A stretch of DNA of 64,000 bases, taken from NCBI GenBank assembly GCA_040285825.1, contig JAUPSS010000001.1:1860001-1924000 (forward strand). Direction: 5' to 3'. The translations under genes were made by a program, and so were the position numbers. Origin of the DNA: Eukaryota sp. TZLM1-RC (Eukaryota; Protista; Metamonada: BaSk clade). Below, in pieces: positions 41,318-53,442 of this stretch. The first letter of the stretch is position 1, and each line of letters starts with the position of its first letter. The notes beneath the pieces are model-generated. The model searched no databases. It was given only the letters and a program-made list of their open reading frames with translations, and was not told the origin of the DNA.

Positions 41318-42403
41318 TTAGCAAAGGCCACTTAACCTTTGAAGTTCTTTTTCAGCAGCTTCCCGGCCATTAACAATACCCAAGCTTGATTTAATCATCG
41401 ACACTTTGATTGGAGAATCACAACGACTCCAGGACTTTTTGAGCTGTTCCTTGGCAGAACCAAAATTTCCTTCATTGAGTGACACCCTTGTCATGATCTC
41501 CTCTACAATTGGACATTCTTTAAGTTCCAAATTTTCAGATAATTGAACAAATCGTTCATAAGACACCCTAGCTTCACTAAACTTTTTCAAACAAAAATAA
41601 TTCAAAATTAGATTGCCAGTTGCTAGTCTTTCGTAATTTAAATCATTTAGTAAAAGAGCAAATTTCAAAGCAGAGTTTAACGATTCTAATGCATTCTCGA
41701 AATCTTCAAGAATTAAACTAGAAATTCCAAAATTAGTATTTGAATGGTAAAGACTGGTCAAGACTTGGCTTGACTTGGCGTCATCATCGACATCAAATTC
41801 ATCATACAAATTTGATTGCTGACGTGAACAATCCCGTGATCGCTCAAAATTAATTCTAGAAGGCTCAGAATTCTTGCTTTTTGAAACCTCCTTTTGGCCT
41901 AGTTTGAAGTAATCAACGGCTAATGCATTCAACGAGATGGACTGCAGACCTCTGTCCTCAAGGTGTTCTGACAAGACCAAACAAGCTTCATACTCCTTGA
42001 TAGCAGAGGAACGCTTATCGTGATTATCAAGCAAAACACCAATTCGAAGTCTAGTGTGGATTTCGTCGCGATACTTAGCAGCACGGTTAGCAGAAGAGGC
42101 AAGAATGCGGAGGTCCTTGAGGGAACTCATGACGGATGCTGAGAGCCGGTTTGAGCACGGGGAGGATGTGGTGGGCGTGAGACTGCCTAAGAGTGGGGTT
42201 TTGTGGCTTGTTGAAAGGGGTGTTTTGGGAGCACGATGTATCATTGGAGAAGGACTAGATGTTGCAGATTGGGTTCGTTGAGGTAAATTGAGAGATGGTA
42301 ATGATAATGATAACACCTGGCCAACCTCTGGCACAACAGATGTAGGTGATCGAGCAGCAAGTTTGGTTGGAATTGGAGTGGCCAGGGTTGATGTGAGAGG
42401 CAT
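41318..42403 (-). CDS. TPR-like repeat protein with S/P/T-rich N-terminus
   Basis: Helical repeats such as RIGVLLDNHDKRSSAIKEYEACL and NFGISSLILEDFENALESLNSAL. Confidence 0.65.
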   Translation of the reverse strand: MPLTSTLATPIPTKLAARSPTSVVPEVGQVLSLSLPSLNLPQRTQSATSSPSPMIHRAPKTPLSTSHKTPLLGSLTPTTSSPCSNRLSASVMSSLKDLRILASSANRAAKYRDEIHTRLRIGVLLDNHDKRSSAIKEYEACLVLSEHLEDRGLQSISLNALAVDYFKLGQKEVSKSKNSEPSRINFERSRDCSRQQSNLYDEFDVDDDAKSSQVLTSLYHSNTNFGISSLILEDFENALESLNSALKFALLLNDLNYERLATGNLILNYFCLKKFSEARVSYERFVQLSENLELKECPIVEEIMTRVSLNEGNFGSAKEQLKKSWSRCDSPIKVSMIKSSLGIVNGREAAEKELQRLSGLC

Positions 42404-42529
42404 GATGACTTCAAAATGATTGAATTCTGTGATGCGAAAAGCAATTTTTGATGTTATTAAATCTGATTTTCGTGAGCTATCTAGTTTTTTCTACCATTTT
42501 TATGATAAAGAATCAGATTAAATATTTGA

Positions 42530-42760
42530 TTCATTTGGTTTAAAACCATCTTCTGGCGTAAAACAAGGTGATCCTAGGCCCTCCATTTTTTGGCTATTCA
42601 CAAAAATTTATATATCATTAAGCAAAAATACCATTCCCTAAAAACAGTTGCTTAGAAAAATGAATTAATTCTGATTGGTTCATTCGATTTGCTACACTTG
42701 GTTGCTCAAGAAATTGGCGTTTTCATATGAAAATATTGGGCTTCATCTTAATGCGGATAG
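42530..42760 (+). mobile_element. CRE-like RT fragment
   Basis: SSGVKQGDP and IGLHLN motifs, decayed. Confidence 0.65.
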
Positions 42761-43602
42761 AGCTCAGTTGTAAATTAATCAACTGACTTCAAAAACTATT
42801 AGTTTATTAAAAGGAAAAGTACCACAGGAATTACATATTCAACAAAAACTAAAAATCAATATAGTTGAATAATGCAGTACAAAAAGGAGATTTTTCATCA
42901 GGGCATTTTTTAATAGTCGTTTATGATAAACTACTTTCATTATAACTTTCGACAAAGTTTCTTTAAACTGGAGAAATTCGACATTGCAATAACCTTTCCA
43001 ATCAATTTGATCAGATTTTCAAAGGTTTATTACAATAACAGAAGTCAAGACAGTAGGTGAGATTTCTGGCATTGAGATTTCGAAGAACATATCATACCCG
43101 TTTTTCATATCATAGAGTATACATAAAGTTTAGAACACTAACGCAGGAGTCAAGCAATATCGTTCTAATGGATGAATTTTTTTAGACCTTACCTAACATC
43201 ATTGTGTGATAGTTTAACTGAAAAGGAAGATCATGATTTCTTCACCAGTTAAGACTATGTCAAAGATAACAAGCTTGATTTGATATTAATAAAGTAAGTT
43301 TGTTTATTGTTTGTGTTTGTGTTTTTTTCATAAACTGTGAACATTGCATATTTTGTCTTGCTTTACATTCAAAAAATTATTTTAGTGAACTGCGAGATCA
43401 CTGTAAGATTTCCCTGTTTTATAAATATTGAACCTAGACCTTTTACTCTGCAAACAATGCAACTTCAAACTACAAAAGCACTAATTTTAAGTTGTTCTAA
43501 AAAGTATTTTTAAATAGTCAAAAAAACTAATCTTGTATCCCCTCTCATCATCCTGTCATCTGAACGGGTTACTTATATTTGACATTTTTGTGCTATTAGC
43601 CA

Positions 43603-46600
43603 ATGCCCCCCAAGCTCTCTCTTCCAAAAGCTAAATTGGGATCTCCTCCTCGTAAATTACCACGCCAACCAAGGTCAGGAGCACCTTCCTCACCGATTCC
43701 CTTTTCCCCTGTGCTTTCTCCTGTGAATGATCCAGATTTTGGTGAAACCGGACCACAGGCTGATTACCCCTCTCTGTCAACTAGGCCTTTACCTCCTCCT
43801 ATTTCTTCCTCCAATGACTTTATTTTTCAACTCATTTCAATGTCAGAACCTCAAGAATCACATGTCACGGTTCCTTATGTCCATCGTGATGACTACCCCT
43901 CCTACAACATCTCCTCTTTTGTCACTGCGTTTGGTGTGACTCCTGAAGGGAACTCTGTCTCTGTCAGACTCCATGGATACCGCCCATATATCTACATCAA
44001 ATGCCCAGATGATTTTAACGATTCAGAATCTGGCATTCAGCAAACTATTGAACAAATCAATTCAGCTTGTAATAGAGACCTTCGAAACCCTCAATCTTTT
44101 GTTTTAGATATTAAAGTTGTGGAGAGAATGTCTATAATGAACTACGAGGCAAACCCTATTACTAAGTTTCTCCAATTTACCCTTACCTGCTCTCGTTCTA
44201 TTTCAAAGGTCAGAGGAATTCTTGAGACTGGTCGTTTTGGTTCTGGTCCTCTTCCTGTTTGTAATTTTGAAACCTTTGATAGTAACATCAACTACTCACT
44301 TCAAATGAGGTTAATGCTTGAATTGGCTGATTTTGAATGGGTTAAACTGGGAAAAGGAAGTTTTACTGTTCAAAATGCTAACGAAAATAGCAAATCTCAA
44401 ATCATTATTGACTGTTCTTGGCGGTCAGTTTCCGTCATCAACGACAATCATCTTCCCCCTTATGCTCCAATCAGAATTATGAGCCTCGACATTGAAGTTG
44501 CCGGTCGCCAAGGTGTTTTTCCTACCTCTGAGGTTGATCCAATCATCCAGATTGCAGTCGCTTGCCAAATTGGAATGGGCTTGGATGATCAGACCTCGCT
44601 ATTCAAGGTGGTGTTCGTTCACGGCAGTTGTCTCCCAATTGCAGGAGTTTCTGTCCGTTCCCATCAATCAGAACGTGATCTTTTGATTGATTTTGAGCGG
44701 TTTCTTTTAGTTTTTGACCCTGATGTGATTACAGGTTACAATTCTGAGGGATTTGATGTACCTTATATCATTGATAGGGGTCGTCACAAGTCTATGAAAA
44801 TTCCAAATTATTTTAATGTTTCAAGGCTAAACGACGCTCTTCCCAAGTATAGAGATACTAGGTTCAGCTCAAATCAAGTAGGCACGAGAGAAACGAAGCA
44901 TACAGAAATTCCTGGCAGAATTGTAATTGACGTTCTTCATTCCATTCAGACAGACCATAAACTGCGATCGTATACCCTTAACTCTGTCTCCCTTCATTTT
45001 CTTGGCGAGCAAAAGGAAGATGTTCATCACTCAGCTATTACTGGGTTGTTCAAAGGTTCAGCTGATGATAGACGAAGATTAGCAGTTTATTGTGTGAAAG
45101 ATGCATTGCTACCATTGAGATTGATTAATCACTTGAAGCTACTTGTTAATCTGTCAGAAATGGCGAAAGTAACTGGTGTGGGGGTCGACTCTCTTCTAGG
45201 AAGGGGTCAACAAATCAAAGTACTTGCTCAAATCTATCATTATTCAATGAAAAGAGGGTTTGTTATCCCTAATGTTCCGAAAAGAGAAGGTGGTGATGAG
45301 TCATATGAAGGTGCGACCGTCATTGAACCTTTGAAAGGTTATCATGAAAATGCCATCTCTGTATTGGATTTCTCTTCTCTTTACCCCTCAATTATGATGG
45401 CACACAATGTTTGCTATTCAACATTAATTAGGCAGACAGAATTGAAAAATTTCGATGCTGAGACTTACACAATCGTTCCCACAGAGTCTGATAGCACCAT
45501 TGCTTTTATTAAGAAAGAAAACAGAATTGGTATTTTACCCGAAATCCTCAATCATTTGCTTACAGCAAGAAAAGAAGCAAAGAGATTAATGGCAAGTTCC
45601 ACAGACAAGTCGTTACAAGCAGTATATGATGGAAGACAATTGGCCTTGAAAATCACTGCAAACTCAGTATATGGCTTCACGGGTGCTCTGGTCGGAAAGC
45701 TTCCATGTCCAGAAATTGCTGCAAGTGTTACCGCTTTTGGGAGGACTATGATTGACAAAACCAAATCTTTAGTGGAATCAAGCTATGATGGAGCCAAGGT
45801 TGTTTATGGTGATACGGATTCAGTAATGATTGATTTTGGAGTGAAGGAAGTTTCTAGGTCTATTGAAATGGGCCATGAAGCAGCTGAGTTTATTACCTCA
45901 CATTTTGAAAAGCCCATTTCTTTGGAATTTGAAAAAGTTTATTGTCCTTATTTACTCATTTCTAAGAAAAGATATGCTGGTTTATTATGGAAAACTGCTG
46001 ATAATTGGTCGAAAATCGATGCCAAAGGTATAGAAACCGTCCGAAGGGACAACTGCCCATTAGTGGCCAAGGTGGTCACAACTTGCCTAAATAAGATTCT
46101 CATTGATAGGGATCCTACAGGTGCAATGAGGTACGCTCAATCAATCATTTCTGATTTATTACAAAACAAACTAGATCTATCTCTGCTTGTAATTTCAAAG
46201 CAATTGACAAAAGATGAGTCAAATTATGCCAATGTACAACCCCACACTGAATGTGCAAAGAAAATGGCAAAGCGTGATCCTGGAAGTGCACCTACAATTG
46301 GATCCAGGGTAGCCTATGTCATTATCCAAGGCAGTAAAAATTCTAAGATTTACGAACGTGCCGAAGATCCCATTTATGTTTTGGAAAACAACTTATCTTT
46401 GGACACAGATTATTATCTAACAAATCAACTTTCTAATCCTCTAGTTCGTATTTTCGAACCCATAAATAAAAAGGCCGAGAGTGAGCTTTTGCATGGGTCA
46501 CATACTCGCAAGGTTTCACGTTCTTTTGGTGGTACATCTGGCTTGATGAAGTTTGCAAAGGCTGTGCCCACGTGCCTGGGATGTAAAGCTCGTTTGACTT

Positions 46601-46869
46601 CGCAGGAAGTCTCGAGTAAGAGTCCATTATGTCAGCATTGTGGTGATAAGAAAGAAGAGATCATTAGGGGATCACTCGAAAATTTCAGGAAAGTCGAACA
46701 TGCTTTTTCTCGTATTTGGACGGAGTGTCAGCGGTGTGCTGGCAATATGCACCAGAAAGTGCTCTGTGAATCGAGAGATTGTCCAATTTTCTACCTGAGA
46801 AAGAAAGTGCAAAAGGATTATTTGCAAGCTGAACAAAATTTAAAAAAGTTTGGCAATTTTGAATGGTGA
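43603..46869 (+). CDS. POLD1: DNA polymerase delta catalytic subunit
   Basis: DIE exonuclease motif, LDFSSLYPSIMMAHN, KITANSVYGFTG, YGDTDS and C-terminal CysA/CysB. Confidence 0.97.
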   Translation: MPPKLSLPKAKLGSPPRKLPRQPRSGAPSSPIPFSPVLSPVNDPDFGETGPQADYPSLSTRPLPPPISSSNDFIFQLISMSEPQESHVTVPYVHRDDYPSYNISSFVTAFGVTPEGNSVSVRLHGYRPYIYIKCPDDFNDSESGIQQTIEQINSACNRDLRNPQSFVLDIKVVERMSIMNYEANPITKFLQFTLTCSRSISKVRGILETGRFGSGPLPVCNFETFDSNINYSLQMRLMLELADFEWVKLGKGSFTVQNANENSKSQIIIDCSWRSVSVINDNHLPPYAPIRIMSLDIEVAGRQGVFPTSEVDPIIQIAVACQIGMGLDDQTSLFKVVFVHGSCLPIAGVSVRSHQSERDLLIDFERFLLVFDPDVITGYNSEGFDVPYIIDRGRHKSMKIPNYFNVSRLNDALPKYRDTRFSSNQVGTRETKHTEIPGRIVIDVLHSIQTDHKLRSYTLNSVSLHFLGEQKEDVHHSAITGLFKGSADDRRRLAVYCVKDALLPLRLINHLKLLVNLSEMAKVTGVGVDSLLGRGQQIKVLAQIYHYSMKRGFVIPNVPKREGGDESYEGATVIEPLKGYHENAISVLDFSSLYPSIMMAHNVCYSTLIRQTELKNFDAETYTIVPTESDSTIAFIKKENRIGILPEILNHLLTARKEAKRLMASSTDKSLQAVYDGRQLALKITANSVYGFTGALVGKLPCPEIAASVTAFGRTMIDKTKSLVESSYDGAKVVYGDTDSVMIDFGVKEVSRSIEMGHEAAEFITSHFEKPISLEFEKVYCPYLLISKKRYAGLLWKTADNWSKIDAKGIETVRRDNCPLVAKVVTTCLNKILIDRDPTGAMRYAQSIISDLLQNKLDLSLLVISKQLTKDESNYANVQPHTECAKKMAKRDPGSAPTIGSRVAYVIIQGSKNSKIYERAEDPIYVLENNLSLDTDYYLTNQLSNPLVRIFEPINKKAESELLHGSHTRKVSRSFGGTSGLMKFAKAVPTCLGCKARLTSQEVSSKSPLCQHCGDKKEEIIRGSLENFRKVEHAFSRIWTECQRCAGNMHQKVLCESRDCPIFYLRKKVQKDYLQAEQNLKKFGNFEW

Positions 46870-47465
46870 TATTGATAAAAGTAAGTTTTTTGTTTAAGTT
46901 TGTGTAATTTTTTTATAAATTGTAAACTTTTTTAACCAAATTTTTGAATTTATTACTTTCAAAAGACTAAACACGATAATTAAAATTCTAAATCTTCATA
47001 TCCCAAATCAGCCAAAAAGAATTGACTGGAGGTTTTTCCTTCATAAAAGCGTCCAAGAGACAATAAAGCAGAAGACAATAAGGGGTCTCCACCTTCAAAA
47101 ATTGAAAGTACAATTCTGTGCTGCGAAAATGTTTTGTCAAAAATTCTTCAGGTACGTTGTTTTACAATTTCAACAAAATCATCCAAATAAAGAAAGTGGG
47201 ATAAGCGTGCCATGTAGGGAAAAAGCAGATGGACAAAGGACATAATGAGTGTGAGATTCTGCATTCAAGGAAACCAACTTTGCTTTATATTTATCAAATT
47301 GCGAGTTTTCGGCAACAGACAGCGGATTCTTGTATTTTAACTGAGCTAATGGTATGAAAGGACTATAACACACATCAGTTGATCTCACATCGGAAATGAA
47401 AGTCGTTCCTTCAACACCTTCAAGAATTAAATCACCTCTATTTCTACTAAAAGAATTAAATGTAT

Positions 47466-48310
47466 TTATTGAATTTGCACACTTAATTAAATTAACTCAT
47501 AACTAATGGGACGACTATCATTGAACCAAGATTTCCTCTACAAAATCTTGATCTGCTTGCTGTCTAGCTAAAGCTTCTCTAATTCGATTGAAAAACCGCG
47601 GTAATCTACTAATAATGGCCAATTGAATCCGTGAACGCCATAAAAAAATATCAAATCTTTTCATTGTTTTTTCTTGCACCATTTTTTGGAAGTCATCCAA
47701 AAAAGTTTCTGCTTCAACTGATAATCTTCCATTTATCGAAAATGGGAAAGCAATAAAAACCAGCTGTGTATTTCTATCGACATTTGCCTCTTCAATATCT
47801 TTATCATATTTTCTATGTTTCTCTTTTGCTTTAAAATCCAGAGCAGCCACAGGATTAAGTTTTCTTCTGTGAACCAAAGTAGCATTTGCAACATTACATG
47901 AGACAAAGTCAACAATAGCTTCAGAATTATCAATACAATCACAGTATACATCACCTCTATCATCAGAACCAAAATTATTCAGAGAAAGTGTCTCCTTCAG
48001 CAGGGGCTCTTTGATACACGATATCCTTGCAGTTTGTGCCATATTGAAAACAGTGTCTCTAACAGCATCATGTAATGAAGAACGATAAGTTATCAATTTA
48101 GAGCAATTCAGAGCATGGCGCAAAGTGAGTTGAGGTGAATTCGAACAAATACATTTTTCTTTTGATAATAATTGGTTAATGGGGATGTTCAAATATAATC
48201 TCATTTTTGTTACAAATGCTTCATTAGTGGCACACAACCCAAATCTTCGTGGTACAATAGTTACAAAAAGTGAAGAATCTGACGACTTGTTTTCACAAAC
48301 ACCCTTTTCC
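47466..48310 (-). mobile_element. Nested CRE-like subfamily C fragment (CCHC + RLE)
   Basis: CICSN..HALNC, HDAVRD and RGDVYCD; 20-bp TSD at 47446-47465 and 48311-48330 (1 mismatch). Confidence 0.88.
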
Positions 48311-48475
48311 ACTAAAAGAATTCAATGTATCTTCATCAACCAAACAAGGTTCTTCATAGGAAACAATTCTGTGTGACTTTGACCTACAATAGAGTTGATC
48401 CCTAACTGCATCATGGACTTTTGCTCGGAAAGTAATAAAGTTGGTATTTAAATTTAGTTATAAGTGTTACAATAA

Positions 48476-48792
48476 GTGTCCATTTGTTTTTTCTTTGCTT
48501 GGATCTCTAGGTAAGGCTGCTATGGCTTTCCTTGAGGATTTTGTTGTAGTTGTAAAGGAAAGAACTGGAAGAATTTTCAATCGTGTTTACTGGAAAAACA
48601 GGATTGTATTTTCTATTTTTAAGGGAATGGTAACACTAATTTCTGATTCACTATCTTCTTTTGGGAAATTTTCTGAATCATTAGCGATTAATTGTTTTGA
48701 TGTAGGGGAGGCAGGTTTTGAGGATGTGGAGTTTTAATTGTGTATTTCATATTTGTTGTGGAATAAAAATAAATATCTTAAAAAGAAAAAAA
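48476..48792 (+). mobile_element. Nested CRE-like subfamily B 3' end with A-rich tail
   Basis: TSD aagtgttacaataa at 48462-48475 and 48793-48806. Confidence 0.88.
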
Positions 48793-49167
48793 AAGTGTTA
48801 CAATAAACAGTTGATTTGCAGAAATTTTTGATCCACATTTGCAACTTCAATCATGGGACACGTGGTTGGGCCAAATAAAACATCGAAGGTGCATTGTACA
48901 AGAAAATGTGGTATCGTCTAAAAGAAAACCATAAAATTGAGAAATTTGAGAAATTAAACGACGATGAGGAACTGTTTAACTGAAAAGCATACCTGGAATA
49001 GTACATATATATTAAAACAACAATTAACAATTTTGTAAATGTACTCACAAGGATATTATGATGATTGTATTTCGCAAACAGAATTCCCTCCTGATGAACC
49101 GAATCTTCACAAAGTGAATAACAAAAACTAAAGACCGATCTACGACAGCCAATCACAGTGAACAACA

Positions 49168-49699
49168 CTAAGCTACTAATTCACATACACCTCCAGCTTT
49201 CTGAATTTTTTCTTCGGCGGTTTTTGAGAAGAATCTGGCCCTGACAACCATGGGTTTATCAATAATTATTCCCTTGCCCAAAACTTTGAAAAATCCCTAA
49301 TGTAAATGAAATAGAAGTATACATACGGCTTTGGCACAATCGATGATAGGGACTTGTTCGCTAGTGGCTGCTTCACGAATTTCTTCAGGGACAAGAGACC
49401 ACAGTTTTTCTACATTGATCGTTTCACAGAAATCCCTGTTTTTGAGCGTACGGAACTGACGCATGCCGTTCTTGCAGTAGAATCCAGGATGACTAAGATT
49501 ATGTACAATGATAAAACTATACTATTTGTTCATCATGATACGGTGATGATGCTCACCACCAGCATTACCACGACCACCGGGAGTCTTACGGTGTTTACCC
49601 ACACGACCATGGCCTGCGGAAACGTGTCCACGCTTCTTACGATTCTTAGAGAGACGAGAGACCTGAAGTAAGGACAGAGTCAGAAATGGTCTATACCAT
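49168..49699 (-). CDS. RPL27A: 60S ribosomal protein L27a (uL15), three ~30-34 nt introns
   Basis: Spliced product [61 protein letters not shown]. Confidence 0.95.
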
Positions 49700-50398
49700 T
49701 TAAGAAAGGAAAGGAAAAGGAACAATTCTCTCTTAAACAATGAATTCCATGGACAACCACATATTCTTCTTATCTTATTCTTATTTACTAATCTTTGCAT
49801 ATCTTGGAGCACACGGGACAACTCTTGAATTGGCCATTGGTCCTTTTGTTTATAGTGTTATGCGTCAACAGTTCTGATTCAGGTTATACTCATCAGGATA
49901 TGTCAGTAACGCAAGCCATTGTTCCATTTAGATCTTTGTCCAATACTGATGTTCCTCTAGTGTTCTTGACTTGCTGAATCTATCTCCTGCAGATGATCTT
50001 TGATTGTATTTCTTACGCATTTATTATGTACAGTTACAATGTTTGTGTCATTAACTAGTAACCAAGTTTAACGAGTAATTCATTACAACTTCTATGAGGC
50101 ATTTAGAATATTTCTTATGGTTTGGGTCAACCTAAGTAATTCTTTTTATTTTCTTGGTGCTATAAACGCAATTAATTACAATCATTTTTATTCAAGAATC
50201 GCTACAATTAAATTACAAAAGCCGTTCATAACAAGAGTGATGTTTAAGAAATGATGTTTTTGTCTTTATTCTATACCTCAATTAATCAGATTATAAAAAA
50301 CAACACAATTGAAACTTAAAATTTTAATAAATCCTTATACTAATTCGAGATAATCCAACAAACCCACATGCTTTATTAAATACTAATACAAAACTAGT

Positions 50399-51634
50399 CT
50401 ATTCAACCATGGAATCACTTACAGTTGAGGGATCTACCTCTGCATGAATGCAACTTGCCATCTCCCACACTTGGAGAACATTATCATCAGCAACAGAGGC
50501 CATCATCCAATCTTCATGTGGACAAAATGCAAAATCATTAACTCTATTAGTATGACCACCATGGATAAACAGTAGCTCGGGTGGTCCGTCTTCCACCTCC
50601 TCCGAGGTCTGGGAAGCCCCTATTCTGCTGATGTCCCAGACAGCCACTCTTCTATCAGCTGAAGAAGTAGCAAAAACAGTTTCTTTAAATGGAGAAAATG
50701 CCACGTTATAAACCTCATCCTCGTGAATAGCAAATTCATGACGGCAATTCTCCATGTATCTGGTATCCCACAGCTTTGCTACTTGGTCCGCCCCTCCTGT
50801 GAGTAACAGAGTGTCACGATGCCTTGACCAAGAGAGTGAATTGGCAGCACCGTCATGGGCTTGCTTGGAGATGGGGGGAGACTCGGAAGTACGTCGGTCG
50901 TGAAGTAACAACACCCCATCATCCGAAACAGAAGCGATAATTTGATCAGTAAAGGGATGAAACTCTACATCTTCAACATTATCTTTGTGGTCAACTGAAG
51001 TCCAGAGAGGGTCAAAATGTTTTTGATCTTCTCTTATATCCCACACACAAACTAATTTGTCATAAGAACCACTAACAACAAGTCCCTCTGTCGTTCTCGA
51101 CCACCCTAATCCATAACCCTCAGCCGAATGACCATTGAGAACCATATTAGGGTTGGGCTTCTCAGTGGGTCGAGGACGAGAAGAATGCTTCGTAAAATCA
51201 AAGATGTTAACCTTTCCTTGGGGATCCTTGGTGGCAATAAGATTGGACTGATGCGGTGAGACTCTGGCCCTGTTTACTTCACCTGGATGTGGAATAGATT
51301 GTATAATCTTGACATGTGATTGAGCCACTCCATAACCTCCAACTTCACCAGGTCCAGTTTCGTATTGTGCAATGTCGAGTTCAACGTTTTTATTGGGGAG
51401 ACGTAGTTCTGCGATACGGAGATAATCGGGTTCATTGCCAGATGTGTGAGTACCAACAACCAGGCGTTTAAGAGTGTAATTTGGGTCAGTAACGTCGTTT
51501 TCCGATTCATTGAGCCATTCTACAGTGAGAGAAGGCCAGTCAAGTGCATGTGTAAGGACTACATCATAAAGATAAGGTGTATTTTTCTTCCAAAGTTTAT
51601 ACTCGTCAGCAATAGTGGATTCAGCTGGGTCCAT
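50399..51634 (-). CDS. RBBP4: Histone-binding WD40 protein RBBP4/MSI1 (CAF-1 p48)
   Basis: EYKLWKKNTPYLYD, LDWPSLTVEW, HPGEVNRAR and DGPPELLFIHGGHT. Confidence 0.95.
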   Translation of the reverse strand: MDPAESTIADEYKLWKKNTPYLYDVVLTHALDWPSLTVEWLNESENDVTDPNYTLKRLVVGTHTSGNEPDYLRIAELRLPNKNVELDIAQYETGPGEVGGYGVAQSHVKIIQSIPHPGEVNRARVSPHQSNLIATKDPQGKVNIFDFTKHSSRPRPTEKPNPNMVLNGHSAEGYGLGWSRTTEGLVVSGSYDKLVCVWDIREDQKHFDPLWTSVDHKDNVEDVEFHPFTDQIIASVSDDGVLLLHDRRTSESPPISKQAHDGAANSLSWSRHRDTLLLTGGADQVAKLWDTRYMENCRHEFAIHEDEVYNVAFSPFKETVFATSSADRRVAVWDISRIGASQTSEEVEDGPPELLFIHGGHTNRVNDFAFCPHEDWMMASVADDNVLQVWEMASCIHAEVDPSTVSDSMVE

Positions 51635-52673
51635 GGGAAAGAAGTGAATGGGCAAAAGAGAGAGGTCCAAAAAATGAATCAAACAATAAAACTGAAATCA
51701 GAACGACTCAAACACTAATGACTCGACGACTCCTCCTCCCTTCAAGTCTCTTCCACACTCCACAAATTTATTTCGCCATCTCCAGTGTTGTGTGAGTTTT
51801 TGATCACTGAGTTTACATTCATTCACTCTATTTATCCCCAATTTTGATTGCGGAAGTCCAAGTTTGAGGTTGGTGGAATTAATGGGCTTCTGTAAAAACA
51901 ATTAAAAAAGGGATGATTATTAATTCATTAAATGGGCAATGAACTCTTTACAAATACTACTATGGTCAGGAGATGTTGATTTCCAGGTTAATGTCCAAAA
52001 AAGCCAATGTGTATACAAAGACCAATCAAAGTCGAAATGCAGTGAGAATTTCAGCTATTTCTATTTCGGTTGAAACTTTGTGTATCATTTAACTCCTGCA
52101 CCAGTTGTTGGAATTGTAGATTTACACAACCGGAAGTCAAAGGTTCTTCAATACAAGATGAAACTTTGTGGCTAGTGATCTCCAGAACTTTCATGGACTT
52201 CGATTTGGAATAAGATCGAAAGAACGAAAATTCAACAAGGTTTTTTTTAATCAAAGTTGAACCAGTTCTGAACCAGTATAGTAAAGAATGAGACAATTTT
52301 TTCTATTTTGTAAACAATATATAGGTTCTTACAATAGGGATTGACAGGTCGGTCACAGATAGTAACCTCACAGAGAACAAGACCATTTGGGAGACGGGTC
52401 ATATATTTCAAAACACAGGACCTGTTGGGTGAAGTGAAAGGAGAAGATACTGTGTGTTCTTCCATGGCGATGAAACGACAGAAACCATGTGCAAAATATA
52501 AACTTTCATTTGACGGATTTATGAAACAGAAATAAAACATTTCTTTTTAACTGGAATATTTATTGAGATAAAACATGAATTAATTAATTGTTGAATAATT
52601 TATATATATTTTAAGTGCTTGCAAGAACTAAATACAAGATATCAACAGGCGTAGAAAAAAATGAGACTGTGGG

Positions 52674-52776
52674 TGAACTGGTTCGGAACCTGAACCCAAC
52701 ATTTCTGAACCTGAACTGAACTGAACCAGTTCAAAAAGTTCAAAACCAGTACCGCACTGAACCTCGAAAGTCCTTA
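52674..52776. repeat. Cluster of TGAAC/GAACC repeats, possibly a DNA-transposon (hAT-like) subterminal region
   Basis: About 10 GAAC(C/T) units in both orientations within ~100 bp; further copies at 52258-52276. Confidence 0.4.
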
Positions 52777-53442
52777 ACTGTTGTGTCAAAATTTTGTCAA
52801 TTTACCATTTCACTACAAAGAATAATTCAACAAAATTGCCCTTCGAATTAACTTCAATGTGTTTTACTTTCAAATTCTCCAAATGCGACAATTGTTCATG
52901 TTATTATACAATGTTCTTGTTAGTTAAAGCCCATCTATATTCATCTGATGCAATAGTAAGAAGATGAGGAGATAAGAATTTTGTAGTGGATATCTTGGTT
53001 GAATGAATTTTGTCTCACCAAGGTTGTGTAAAAGGTATTGTAGTTAAATAAGTTATTGTTTTTTAAGTCAAAAGGTGAAACTGCTGATCGATGCTTGAAA
53101 TGCCGAATAGTCGACAATTACCACCCTCTTATAAAAATACCTCAAGAAATACATCCGTGGAAATGCAATGAATTTGCCTTCGTTTTTAAAAGATTTTTGG
53201 ATCAATTATGTAAGGGAAAGTATGCTATCATTATTCTCTGGGAATTTTTTGGTTCTTTTCGTGCTCTTTTTGAACAAAATTTCATTGAAAATTCTGTAGA
53301 TTTAACTAATAATGCACCAAGAGAACTGTCATCTGTGAAATTGAGCAAAATTTTGGAAAATAAATGCTTGGATAACAAGTGGTCTAGTGCTTTGTATACT
53401 TTAAATCCAGGAGTCAAAGCTCAAAATAATCAACAGACTTTA

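Larger units (their letters stand above)
46960..48990 (-). mobile_element. CRE-like subfamily D element carrying two nested insertions
   Basis: Collinear with 40020-40865 once 47466-48310 and 48476-48792 are removed. Confidence 0.8.

Noticed and set aside
49830-49900. CTGATGAG on the minus strand as a hammerhead ribozyme core
   Set aside because: No correctly placed GAAA or stems I-III.
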